From Eledone cirrhosa (lineage: Eukaryota), in NCBI GenBank assembly GCA_964016885.1, contig OZ024740.1, positions 9,362,001 through 9,426,000 on the forward strand: a DNA stretch of 64,000 nt, given 5' to 3'. The notes beneath the pieces were generated by a model. The model saw nothing but the letters and a program-made list of their open reading frames with translations. It did not search any database and was not told the DNA's origin. The position numbers and the translations under genes are program-made. This document shows positions 1 to 13,300 of the stretch, one piece after another (position 1 is the first letter of the stretch; every line of letters begins with the position of its first letter).

Positions 1-999
1 GGTATATCGGTTTCGATTGGTATATCAGTTTTGATTGGTATGTCAGTTTCTATTATTATGTCAGTTTCAATTGGTATGTCAGTTTCGATCGGTATGTAAG
101 TTTTATTGGAATGTCAGTTTTGATTGGTATATCAGTTTTGGTTGGTATGTCAGTTTCGATTGGGATGTCAGTTTCTATTGGTATATCAGTTTCGATTGGT
201 ATGTCAGTTTCTATTGGTATATCAGTTTCGAATGGTATGTCTGTCTCGATTGGTATGTCCGTTTTGATTGGTATAGCAGTTTCTATTTGTATGTCAGTTT
301 CGATTTGTATGTCAGTTTCTATTGGTATATCAGTTTCATTTGGTGTGTTTATTTCTATTGGTATGTCAGTTTCGATTAGTATATCAATTTCTATTGGTAT
401 GTTAGTTTCGATTGGTATGTTAGTTCTCGATTTGTATGTCAGTTTCTATTGGTATATCAGTTTCGATTGGTATGTCAGTTTCGATTGGTATGTCAGTTTC
501 TATTGGTATATCAGTTTCGCGTAGGTATCTCAGTTTCGATTGGTATGTCAGTTTCAATTGGTAAGTCAATTTCGATTGGTTTATCAGATCCGATTAGTAT
601 GTCAATTTCTATCAGTATATCAGTTTCCATTGGTATATCAGTTTCGATTGGTATGTCAGTTTCGATTGGTATATCAGTTTCGATTGGTATGTCAGTTTCG
701 ATTAGTATATCAGTTACTACTTGTATGTCAGTTTCTATTGCTATATCAGTTTTGATTGGTATATCAGTTTCGATTGGTATGTCTGTTTCGATTGGTATAT
801 CAGTTTCGATTGTTATGTCAGTTTCTATTGGTATATCAGTTTCGGCTGGTATGTTATTTTCGATTGGTATGTTAGTCCTTGATTTGTATGTCAGTTTCTA
901 TTGGTATATCAGTTTCAATTAGTATATCAGTTACTATTTGTATGTCAGTTTCTATTGGTATATCAGTTTCGATTGGTTTGTCAGTTTCGATTGGTATAT

Positions 1000-3900
1000 T
1001 AGTTTCGATTGGTATGTCAGTTTCGACAGGTATGTAAGTCTCGATTAGTATATCAGTTTCGAATGGTATGTCAGTTTTATTGGTATGTCAATTTCGATTG
1101 GTATATCAGTTTCGGTTGGTATGTTAGTTTCGATTGGTATATCAGTTTCTGTTGGTATGTCAGTTTCGATTTGTATATCAGTTTGTGTTGGTTTTTCAGT
1201 TTCTATTGGTATGTCAGTTTTTATTGGTATATCAGTTTCGATTAGTATATCAGTTTCGATTGGTATGTCAGTTTCGATTGGTATGTCAGATTCGATTGAT
1301 ATATCAGTTTCGATTGTTATGTCAGTTTCTATTAGTATATCAGTTTTGACTGGTATGTTAGTTTCTATTGGTATGTCAGTTTCGATTAGTGTATTAGTTT
1401 CTATTGGTATGTCATTTTCGATTGGTATGTTAGTCCTCGATTTGTATGTCTGTTTCTATTGGTATATCAGTTTCGATTGGTACGTCAGTTTCGATTAGCG
1501 TATCAGTTTCTAATGGTATGTCAGTTTTGATTGGTATATCAGTTTCGATTGGTATGTCAGTTTCGATTGGTATGTTAGTTTCGACTGGTATATCAGTTTC
1601 TATTGCTATGTCAGTTTCGATTGTTATGTCAGTTTCTATTGGTATATCAGTTTCGATTGATATATCAGTTTCGATTTCTATATCAGTTTTGATTGGTATG
1701 TCAGTTTCTATTATTGTGTCAGTTTCTATTGGTATATCAGTTTCGATTGGTATATCGGTTTCGATTGGTATATCAGTTTTGATTGGTATGTCAGTTTCTA
1801 TTATTATGTCAGTTTCAATTGGTATATCAGTTTCGATCGGTATGTAAGTTTTATTGGTATGTCAGTTTTGATTGGTATATCAGTTTTGGTTGGTATGTCA
1901 GTTTCGTTTGGGATGTCAGTTTCGATTGGTATATCAGTTTCGATTGGTATGTCAGTTTCTATGGGTATATCAGTTTCTATTTGTATGTCAGTTTCAATTG
2001 GTATGTCAGTTTCTATTGGTATATCAGTTTTGACTGGTATGTTAGTTTCTATTGGTATGTCAGTTTCGATTAGTATATTAGTTTCTATTGGTATGTCATT
2101 TTCGATTGGTATGTTAGTCCTCGATTGGTATGTCCGTTTCTATTGGTATATCAGTTTCGATTGGTATGTCAGTTTCTATTGGTATATCAGTTTCGATTGG
2201 TATATCAGTTTCGATTGGTATGTCAATTTCGATTGGTATGTCAGTTTCGATTGTTATGTAAGTTTCGATTAATATATCAGTTTCGATTGGTATGTCAGTT
2301 TCAATTGGTATGTCAGTTTCGATTAGTATGTCAGTTTCTATTGTTATGTCAATTTCGATTGGTATGTCAGTTTAGATTGGTATATCAGTTTCGATTGGTA
2401 TGTCAGTTTCTATTATTATGTCAGTTTCAATTGGTATATCGGTTTCGATTGTTATGTAAGTTTTATTGTTATTTCAGTTTCGATTGGTATATCAGTTTCG
2501 ATTAGTATGTCAATTTCTATTGGTATATCAGTTTCGATTGGTATGTCAGTTTCTATTGGTATATCAGTTTCGATTATTATATCAGCTTCGATTGGTATGT
2601 CAGTTTCGATTGGTATGTCTGTTTCAATTGGTATATCAGTTTCGAATGTTATGTCAGTTTCTATTGGTATGTCAGTTTCGATTAGTATATTAGTTTCTAT
2701 TGGTATGTCATATTCGATTGGTATGTCAGTTTAGATTGGTATATCAGTTTCGATTGGTATTTCAGTTTCTATTATTATGTCAGTTTCAATTGGTATATCG
2801 GTTTCGATTGTTATGTAAGTTTTATTGTTATTTCAGTTTCGATTGGTATATCAGTTTCGATTAGTATGTCAATTTCTATTGGTATATCAGTTTGTATTGG
2901 TATGTCAGTTTCTATTAGTATTTTAGTTTCTATTGGTATATCAGTTTCGATTATTATATCAGCTTCGATTGGTATGTCAGTTTCTATTGGTATATTAGTT
3001 TCGATTGGTATGTCAGTTTCTATGGGTATATCAGTTTCTATTTGTATGTCAGTTTCAATTGGTATGTCAGTTTCTATTGGTATATCAGTTTTGACTGGTA
3101 TGTTAGTTTCTATTGGTATGTCAGTTTCGATTAGTATATTAGTTTCTATTTGTATGTCATTTTCGATTGGTATGTTAGTCCTCGATTGGTATGTCCGTTT
3201 CTATTGGTATATCAGTTTCGATTGGTATGTCAGTTTCGATTAGTGTATCAGTTACTATTTGTATGTCAGTTTCAATTGGTATATCGGTTTCGATTGTTAT
3301 GTAAGTTTTATTGTTATTTCAGTTTCGATTGGTATATCAGTTTCGATTAGTATGTCAATTTCTATTGGTATATCAGTTTGTATTGGTATGTCAGTTTCTA
3401 TTAGTATTTTAGTTTCTATTGGTATATCAGTTTCGATTATTATATCAGCTTCGATTGGTATGTCAGTTTCTATTGGTATATTAGTTTCGATTGGTATGTC
3501 AGTTTCTATGGGTATATCAGTTTCTATTTGTATGTCAGTTTCAATTGGTATGTCAGTTTCTATTGGTATATCAGTTTTGACTGGTATGTTAGTTTCTATT
3601 GGTATGTCAGTTTCGATTAGTATATTAGTTTCTATTTGTATGTCATTTTCGATTGGTATGTTAGTCCTCGATTGGTATGTCCGTTTCTATTGGTATATCA
3701 GTTTCGATTGGTATGTCAGTTTCGATTAGTGTATCAGTTACTATTTGTATGTCAGTTTCTAGTGGTATATCAGTTTCGATTGGTATATCAGTTTCGATTG
3801 GTATGTCAATTTCGATTGGTATGTCAGTTTCGATTGTTATGTAAGTTTCGATTAATATATCAGTTTCGATTGGTATGTCAGTTTCAATTGGTATGTCAGT

Positions 3901-6900
3901 TTCGATTAGTATGTCAGTTTCTATTGTTATGTCAATTTCGATTGGTATGTCAGTTTAGATTGGTATATCAGTTTCGATTGGTATTTCAGTTTCTATTATT
4001 ATGTCAGTTTCAATTGGTATATCGGTTTCGATTGTTATGTAAGTTTTATTGTTATTTCAGTTTCGATTGGTATATCAGTTTCGATTAGTATGTCAATTTC
4101 TATTGGTATATCAGTTTGTATTGGTATGTCAGTTTCTATTAGTATTTTAGTTTCTATTGGTATATCAGTTTCGATTATTATATCAGCTTCGATTGGTATG
4201 TCAGTTTCGATTGGTATGTCTGTTTCAATTGGTATATCAGTTTCGAATGTTATGTCAGTTTCTATTGGTACATCAGTTTCGACTGGAATGTGATTTTCGA
4301 TTGGTATGTTAGTCCTCGATTTGTATGTCAGTTTCTATTGGTATATCAGTTTCGATTGGTATATCAGTTTCGATTGGTATGTCAATTTCGATTGGTATAT
4401 CAGTTTCGATTGGTATATCAGTTTCGATTGGTATGTCAGTTTCGATTGGTATGTCAGTTTCGATTGGTATGTAAGTGTCTATTGGTATATCAGTTTCGGC
4501 TGGTATGTTATTTTCGATTGGTATGTTAGTCCTCGATTTGTATGTCAGTTTCTATTGGTATATCAGTTTCAATCAGTATATCAGTTACTATTTGTATGTC
4601 AGTTTCTATTGGTATATCAGTTTCGATTGGTATCTCAGTTTCGATTAGTGTATCAGTTATTATTTGTATGTCAGTTTCTAGTGGTATATCAGTTTCGATT
4701 GGTATATCAGTTTCGATTGGTATGTCAATTTCGATTGGTACGTCAGTTTCGATTGTTATGTAAGTTTCGATTAATATATCAGTTTCGATTGGAATGTCAG
4801 TTTCAATTGGTATGTCAGTTTCGATTAGTATGTCAGTTTCTATTGATATGTCAATTTCGATTGGTATGTCAGTTTAGATTGGTATATCAGTTTCGATTGG
4901 TATGTCAGTTTCTATTATTATGTTAGTTTCAATTGGTATATCGGTTTCGATTGTTATGTAAGTTTTATTGTTATTTCAGTTTCGATTGGTATATCAGTTT
5001 CGATTAGTATGTCAATTTCTATTGGTATATCAGTTTCGATTGGTATGTCAGTTTCTATTGGTATATCAGTCTGTATTGGTATGTCAGTTTCTATTAGTAT
5101 TTCAGTTTCTATTGGTATATCAGTTTCGATTATTATATCAGCTTCGATTGGTATGTCAGTTTCGATTGGTATGTCTGTATCAATTGGTATATCAGTTTCG
5201 AATGTTATGTCAGTTTCTATTGGTACATCAGTTTCGACTGGAATGTGATTTTCGATTGGTATGTTAGTCCTCGATTTGTATGTCAGTTTCTATTGGTATA
5301 TCAGTTTCGATTGGTATATCAGTTTCGATTGGTATGTCAATTTCGATTGGTATATCAGTTTCGATTGGTATATCAGTTTCGATTGGTATGTCAGTTTCGA
5401 TTGGTATGTAAGTTTCGATTGGTATATCAGTTTCGATTGTTATGTCAGTTTCTATTGGTATATCAGTTTCGATTGGTATGATAGTCCTCGATTTGTATGT
5501 CAGTTTCTATTGGTATATCAGTTTCAATTAGTATATCAGTTACTATTTGTATGTCAGTTTCTATTGGTATATTAGTTTCGATTGGTATGTCAGTTTCGAT
5601 TGGTATATCAGTTTCGAATGGTATGTCAGTTTCGACAGGTATGTAAGTTTCGATTAGTATATCAGTTTCGAATGGTATGTCAGTTTTATTGGTATGTCAA
5701 TTTCGATTGGTATATCGGTTTCGGTTGGTATGTTAGTTTCGATTGGTATATCAGTTTCTGTTGGTATGTCAGTTTCGATTAGTATATCAGTATCTGTTGG
5801 TATGTCAGTTTCTATTGGTATGTCAGTTTTTATTTGTATATCAGTTTCGATTGTTATATCAGTTTCGATTGGTATGTCAGTTTCGATTGGTATGTCAGAT
5901 TCAATTGATATATCAGTTTCGATTGTTATGTCAGTTTCTATTAGTATATCAGTTTTGACTGGTATGTTAGTTTCTATTGGTATGTCAGTTTCGATTAGTG
6001 TATTAGTTTCTATTGGTATGTCATTTTCGATTGGTATGTTAGTCTTCGATTTGTATGTCTGTTTCTATTGGTATAAAAGTTTCGATTGGTACGTCAGTTT
6101 CGATTAGCGTATCAGTTTCTAATGGTATGTCAGTTTTGATTGGTATATCAGTTTCGATTGGTATGTCAGTTTCGATTGGTATGTCAGTTTCGACTGGTAT
6201 ATCAGTTTCTATTGCTATGTCAGTTTCGATTGTTATGTCAGTTTCTATTGGTATATCAATTTCTATTGATATATCAGTTTCGATTTGTATATCAGTTTTG
6301 ATTGGTATGTCAGTTTCTATTATTGTGTCAGTTTCTATTGGTATATCAGTTTCGATTGGTATATCGGTTTCGATTGGTATATCAGTTTTGATTGGTATGT
6401 CAGTTTCTATTATTATGTCAGTTTCAATTGGTATATCAGTTTCGATCGGTATGTAAGTTTTATTGGTATGTCAGTTTTGATTGGTATATCAGTTTTGGTT
6501 GGTATGTCAGTTTCGATTGGGATGTCAGTTTCGATTGGTATATCAGTTTCGATTGGTATGTCAGTTTCTATGGGTATATCAGTTTCTATTTGTATGTCAG
6601 TTTCAATTGGTATGTCAGTTTCTATTGGTATATCAGTTTTGACTGGTATGTTAGTTTCTATTGGTATGTCAGTTACGATTAGTATATTAGTTTCTATTGG
6701 TATGTCATTTTCGATTGGTATGTTAGTCCTCGATTGGTATGTCCGTTTCTATTGGTATATCAGTTTCGATTGGTATGTCAGTTTCTATTGGTATATCAGT
6801 TTCGATTGGTATATCAGTTTCGATTGGTATGTCAATTTCGATTGGTATGTCAGTTTCGATTGTTATGTAAGTTTCGATTAATATATCAGTTTCGATTGGT

Positions 6901-7320
6901 ATGTCAGTTTCAATTGGTATGTCAGTTTCGATTAGTATGTCAGTTTCTATTGTTATGTCAATTTCGATTGGTATATCAGTTTAGATTGGTATATCAGTTT
7001 CGATTGGTATGTCAGTTTCTATTATTATGTCAGTTTCAATTGGTATATCGGTTTCGATTGTTATGTAAGTTTTAATGTTATTTCAGTTTCGATTGGTATA
7101 TCAGTTTCGATTAGTATGTCAATTTCTATTGGTATATCAGTTTCGATTGGTATGTCAGTTTCTATTGGTATATCAGTTTCGATTATTATATCAGCTTCGA
7201 TTGGTATGTCAGTTTCGATTGGTATGTCTGTTTCAATTGGTATATCAGTTTCGAATGTTATGTCAGTTTCTATTGGTATGTCAGTTTCGATTAGTATATT
7301 AGTTTCTATTGGTATGTCAT
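1000..7320. repeat. Higher-order repeat: ~1000-2710 recurs at ~5610-7320 (offset 4609)
   Basis: Six pseudo-ORF pairs with near-identical variant patterns, all offset 4609 (1085/5694, 1446/6055, 1783/6392, 2125/6734, 2466/7075, 2507/7116); part recurs again at offset ~2845-2863 (5694/8557, 5261/8106). Confidence 0.85.
2780..3755. repeat. 486-bp tandem higher-order duplication within satellite (about 27 monomers)
   Basis: Rare-variant strings recur at offset 486 (2821 vs 3307; pseudo-ORFs 3150 vs 3636); ends approximate. Confidence 0.85.
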
Positions 7321-9992
7321 TTTCGATTGGTATGTTAGTCCTCGATTGGTATGTCCGTTTCTATTGGTATATCAGTTTCGATTGGTATGTCAGTTTCGAT
7401 TAGTGTATCAGTAACTATTTGTATGTCAGTTTCTATTGGTATATCAGTTTCGATTGGTATATCAGTTTCGATTGGTATGTCAATTTCGATTGGTATGTCA
7501 GTTTCGATTGTTATGTAAGTTTCGATTAATATATCAGTTTCGATTGGTATGTCAGTTTCTATTGGTATATCAGTTTCGATTGGTATGTCAGTTTCTATGG
7601 GTATATCAGTTTCTATTTGTATGTCAGTTTCAATTGGTATGTCAGTTTCTATTGGTATATCAGTTTTGACTGGTATGTTAGTTTCTATTGGTATGTCAGT
7701 TTCGATTGGTATGTCAGTTTCAATTGGTATGTCAGTTTCGATTAGTATGTCAGTTTCTATTGTTATGTCAGTTTCAATTGGTATATCGGTTTCGATTGTT
7801 ATGTAAGTTTTATTGTTATTTCAGTTTCGATTGGTATATCAGTTTCGATTAGTATGTCAATTTCTATTGGTATATCAGTTTCGATTGGTATGTGAGTTTC
7901 TATTGGTATATCAGTTTGTATTGCTATGTCAGTTTCTATTAGTATTTCAGTTTCTATTGGTATATCAGTTTCGATTATTATATCAGCTTCGATTGGTATG
8001 TCAGTTTCGATTGGTATGTCTGTTTCAATTGGTATATCAGTTTCGAATGTTATGTCAGTTTCTATTGGTACATCAGTTTCGACTGGAATGTGATTTTCGA
8101 TTGGTATGTTAGTCCTCGATTTGTATGTCAGTTTCTATTGGTATATCAGTTTCGATTGGTATATCAGTTTCGATTGGTATGTCAATTTCGATTGGTATAT
8201 CAGTTTCGATTGGTATATCAGTTTCGATTGGTATGTCAGTTTCGATTGGTATGTAAGTTTCGATTGGTATATCAGTTTCGATTGTTATGTCAGTTTCTAT
8301 TGGTATATCAGTTTCGGCTGGTATGTTATTTTCGATTGGTATGTTTGTCCTCGATTTGTATGTCAGTTTCTATTGGTATATCAGTTTCAATTAATATATC
8401 AGTTACTATTTGTATGTCAGTTTCTATTGGTATATCAGTTTCGAATGGTATGTCAGTTTCGATTGGTATATCAGTTTCGATTGGTATGTCAGTTTTGACA
8501 GGTATGTAAGTTTCGATTAGTATATCAGTTTCGAATGGTATATCAGTTTTATTGGTATGTCAATTTCGATTGGTATATCAGTTTCGGTTGGTATGTTAGT
8601 TTCGATTGGTATATCAGTTTCTGTTGGTATGTCAGTTTCGATTAGTATATCAGTTTCTGTTGGTATGTCAGTTTCTATTGGTATGTCAGTTTTTATTGGT
8701 ATATCAGTTTCGATTGTTATATTAGTTTCGATTGGTATGTCAGTTTCGATTGGTATGTCAGATTCGATTGATATATCAGTTTCGATTGTTATGTCAGTTT
8801 CTATTAGTATATCAGTTTTGACTGGTATGTTAGTTTCTATTGGTATGTCAGTTTCGATTAGTGTATTAGTTTCTATTGGTATGTCATTTTCGATTGGTAT
8901 GTTAGTCTTCGATTTGTATGTCTGTTTCTATTGGTATATCAGTTTCGATTGGTATGTCAGTTTCGATTAGCGTATCAGGTTCTAATGGTATGTCAGTTTC
9001 GATTGGTATATCAGTTTCGATTGGTATGTCAGTTTCGATTGGTATGTCAGTTTCGACTGGTATATCAGTTTCTATTGCTATGTCAGTTTCGATTGTTATG
9101 TCAGTTTCTATTGGTATATCAGTTTCCATTGATATATCAGTTTCGATTTGTATATCAGTTTTGATTGGTATGTCAGTTTCTATTATTATGTCAGTTTCTA
9201 TTGGTATATCAGTTTCGATTGGTTTATCGGTTTCGATTGGTATATCAGTTTTGATTGGTATGTCAGTTTCTATTATTATGTCAGTTTCAATTGGTATATC
9301 AGTTTCGATCGGTATGTAAGTTTTATTGGTATGTCAGTTTTGATTGGTATATCAGTTTTGGTTGGTATGTCAGTTTCGATTGGGATGTCAGTCTCTATTG
9401 GTATATCAGTTTCGATTGGTATGTCAGTTTCTATTGGTATATCAGTTTTGATAAGTATATCAGTTTCTATTGGTATATCAGTTTCGATTGGTATGTCTGT
9501 TTCGATTGGTATATCAGTTTCGAATGGTATGTCCGTTTTGATTGGTATAGCAGTTTCTATTTGTATGTCAGTTTCGATTTGTATGTCAGTTTCTATTGGT
9601 ATATCAGTTTCATTTGGTGTGTTTATTTCTATTGGTATGTCAGTTTCGATTAGTATATCAACTTCTATTGGTATGTTAGTTTCGATTGGTATGTTAGTTC
9701 TCGATTTGTATGTCAGTTTCTATTGGTATATCAGTTTCGATTGGTATGTCAGTTTCGATTGGTATGTCAGTTTCTATTGGTATATCAGTTTCGATAGGTA
9801 TCTCAGTTTCGATTGGTATGTCAGTTTCAATTGGTAAGTCAATTTCGATTGGTTTATCAGATCCGATTAGTATGTCAATTTCTATCATCATCATCATCAT
9901 CATCATCAGGTTTAGCGTCCGTGTTCCACGCTTGCATGGGTTTGGACGGGGGTTTTCCCACTTGAGGCAAGAGTGGTTGTCTTGCTCGCATA

Positions 9993-10224
9993 GGACTGTC
10001 TGGCGGGTTTTCTATAGTTGGATGCCCTTCCTAACACCAACCACATTTGCAGTGTGGGGCTGGGAGGTTTTTACCGTGTTGCCTACACGGCCACATTACA
10101 GCGTGGACTGTCTGGCGGGTTTTCTACAGCTGGATGCCCTTCCTAACACCAACCACATTTACAGTGTGGGGCTGGGAGGTTTTTACCGTGTTGCCTACAC
10201 GGCCACATTTACAGCGTGGACTGT
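9993..10224 (-). repeat. 112-bp tandem duplication in the 3' UTR of copy 1
   Basis: ggactgt at 9993, 10105 and 10218 delimit two near-identical units; other family A copies have one unit. Confidence 0.92.
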
Positions 10225-10392
10225 GTGTTTTTTGTCGTGACACCTACACGATCTCATTTGTTTCGGCCTGGATGTTGTGGGACCAACATAACTTTACATT
10301 GAAAGGGGCAGTGTGGGTGGGGTGGAGGTGGTGGGACGGGGGTGTGTTTTGATAGAGATGCCTACTGACTGTAGTAGGTTTTTACTTTGTAT

Positions 10393-13300
10393 TTAGGTAA
10401 GGCGGGTCTTCTCTATTACTGAGTACCGCCAAAGGTCTCGGTCCAGTGACATTGTCTTGGAGAGGTGTAAGCGTGTGAGGTCGGAATTTATCAGCTCGTC
10501 CCATGTTTTTCTGGGTCTGCCTACTCCGTGGCTACCGTCTATCTTTATTGCCCTGCACTTTGTTATACAGCTGTCGTCTTTCATGCGCATCACGTGACCG
10601 TACCAACGTAGCCTTCTCTCGAGTAAACAACATCTGATCCCTCTTCTTTCTAATTTTTTCCTTAGTTCGTTTATGCTTTGCCGTTCACGTATATTACTAT
10701 TGCACATCCAGCGGAGCATGCAAGCTTCGTTCCTCTCTAGTCTGCGTATATCCTCTGCACACAATGCCCAGGTCTCACTGCCATGCAGCATTGCTGTTCG
10801 TATGCAGGCATCGTATAACCTGCCTTTCATTTTTAGGGAGAACCCTCTTGCGGCTAATAGTGGTATAAGCTCTCTGAACTTTTTCCATCCAGTTCTGACT
10901 CTAGCTACTGTACTTTCAGAGCACCCTCCCCCACTGCTGATTTTGTCACCCAGATAACGGAAGCTGTCCACTATTTCTATAGTACCATCTGCGCAGTTGA
11001 AGGAGCTAGTATTTTGTGGGCACTTGCTGCTACTTATTACACCAGAGCACCGGCCACATGTAAAATCTATGTTCTTAGTTAGCTTACCTGTGATCCCACT
11101 ACATCTTTTATGCACCCATACTTTGCATTTGGGACATAAAATGGAGTTTCTACCTACGCCTTTCCTACACACTGAGCATGGCCATTTCCCAGATGGGACC
11201 GCCGCCTTATTTTCTTTCCTACAAACTAGAACTTTAGTCTTAGCCAGGTTAATTTTAAGGCCTTTTGATTCTAGGCCGTGCTTCCATGTTTGGAATTTCT
11301 TCTCTAGTTCGGTCATTGATTCAGCTATGAGCGTTAGATCATCTGCGTATAGGAGCTCCCATGGGCAGCCGGTCTTGAAATCCTCTGTTATAGCCTGAAG
11401 GGCAATAATAAATAGTAGGGGGCTAAGAACAGAGCCCTGATGGACACCAACTTTCACGCTAAACTCTTCACTATATTCGTTGTTAATTCTAACCTTACTG
11501 ACTGTTTCTTTATACATGGCTTGTATAGCTCTCACAAGCCATTCGTCAACACCTAGTTTTCTAAGAGACCACCAGATAATGGAACGGGGGACTCTGTCGA
11601 AGGCTTTCTCCAAGTCGACGAAAGCTAAGTATAGGGGTTTACTTTTAGCTAGGTACTTCTCCTGTAGTTGTCGTACAATGAAAAGAGCGTCTGTGGTACT
11701 TTTGCCTGACACAAACCCGAACTGCATTTCATCTAGATCAATTCTCTCTCTGATTAGTTGCGCTATTACTTTTTCCGTGACCTTCATGACCTGGTCGATT
11801 AATTTAATGCCTCTATAGTTACTCCTATCTAGGGCATCTCCTTTTCCCTTATAGCAGTTAACGATGATGCTGCTACGCCATTCCTTCGGAACAACCCCAT
11901 TCTGTACGACTTGGTTACCTATCCGGGTGACCATGGTGTGTCCCACCGAACCAGATGCCTTCAGCATCTCAGCAACTATTTCCGAAGGCCCAGCCGCCTT
12001 ACCCGTCTTCATATCTTTGATTGCCTTACTTATTATACTACCTTCAACTAACACTGCTGGTCCCTCTATTGGATCGATCTGGGGGAGACTGTCTTTCTCA
12101 CATTTGTTCTCCTCATTTAGAAGCCTTTCGTAGTGACACTTCCAAGCTACCTTCTTATCAGCGTCGGTGATGGCAAGTATGCCATCATCGTTAAGCACAC
12201 ACTTCTCCCCGACAATATCACGGTTTTCCTTGACACATTGCCTGGCAATCCTGAACACCTCACGTTTTTGGTCCTCACGTTGTAGAACATGCTTGAACTT
12301 TCTTTCCTCTGCTTCCCTTCTTGCGAAGTACACTTGTCTCCTAGCTTCCCTCCTGGCCACTTGATAGTCTTCTCTACTTCCCCCATCCCGCCATACTTTC
12401 CAAGCCTGCTTTTTGGCCTTAATTGACTCCTCCACCTTACTGTTCCACCACCATGTTACTCTCCTCCTACCTACAGGCCTGCTCCAGCCACAGACTTCGT
12501 CTGCCGCCGTCAGCAGGTTTGCTCTCAGGAATTCCCACTGTTCCTCTATATTATACGACTCTAATTGCTCTTCCTTACTGTCGAAAGCGTCAAGTAATAT
12601 GCTTTGAAATTTATTCCTGGCTATGGGGTCCTTTAGCTTCCATATTTTTCTCCTGAGGACAGTCCTCTTCCGCTGTCTAGTACGTCTCGTCCTGACTATG
12701 AGGTCGCTAATTATCAGTCTATGTTGGGAGGTGAATTCTTCATGGGGGTGGGATTTAGTCTTAAAAACAGACACTCTGTCACGTCTTCTGGTAAGGATAT
12801 AATCTACCTGGCTTGTGTGTTCCCCCGATCTATAGGTGATCAAGTGATTGTCTCGTTTTTTGAAGTTAGTGTTACAGATAGTTAAGTTATTTGCGTCGCA
12901 GAATTCCAGGATTCTGGAGCCTTCCTCATTTCTAGTACCGAACCCATAGCCTCCATGGATTCCGTCATAGCCGTCACAATGTTGTCCAACGTGACCATTT
13001 AGGTCGCCTGCAATAACTATATAGTCACTGTCGGTTATTTGGGAGGTAGCGAGCATCAGTGTCTCGTAGAATCTGTCTTTTATAGTGCCGGGCAGTCCGG
13101 ATTGGGGTGCGTACGCAGATATTACTGTCACCGTAGTTTTATTGAGGACAAGTCTTATTTTAATTATTCTGTCGTTCACTCTATTTACGTCTATTATCTT
13201 ATCTGCCCACTTTTCTGCTACCATGATTCCTACCCCACCCAACCCATTGCCATTTCCCACCCAAAAAAGCTTATAGCATCGTTCTTTACCCAAGATGAAT

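Larger units (their letters stand above)
1..9887. repeat. 18-bp satellite array, consensus ATTGGTATRTCAGTTTCK, block 1
   Basis: Continuous tandem 18-mers (e.g. attggtatgtcagtttcg / attggtatatcagtttcg / ...tttct), with recurring 19-nt (ggtatgttagtcctcgatt) and 17-nt (gtaagttttattgg) variants; the 6-aa periodic ORFs reflect the 18-bp period. Confidence 0.99.

Noticed and set aside
1-9887. CRISPR-like array
   Set aside because: Repeats are head-to-tail with no unique spacers, and there are no cas genes
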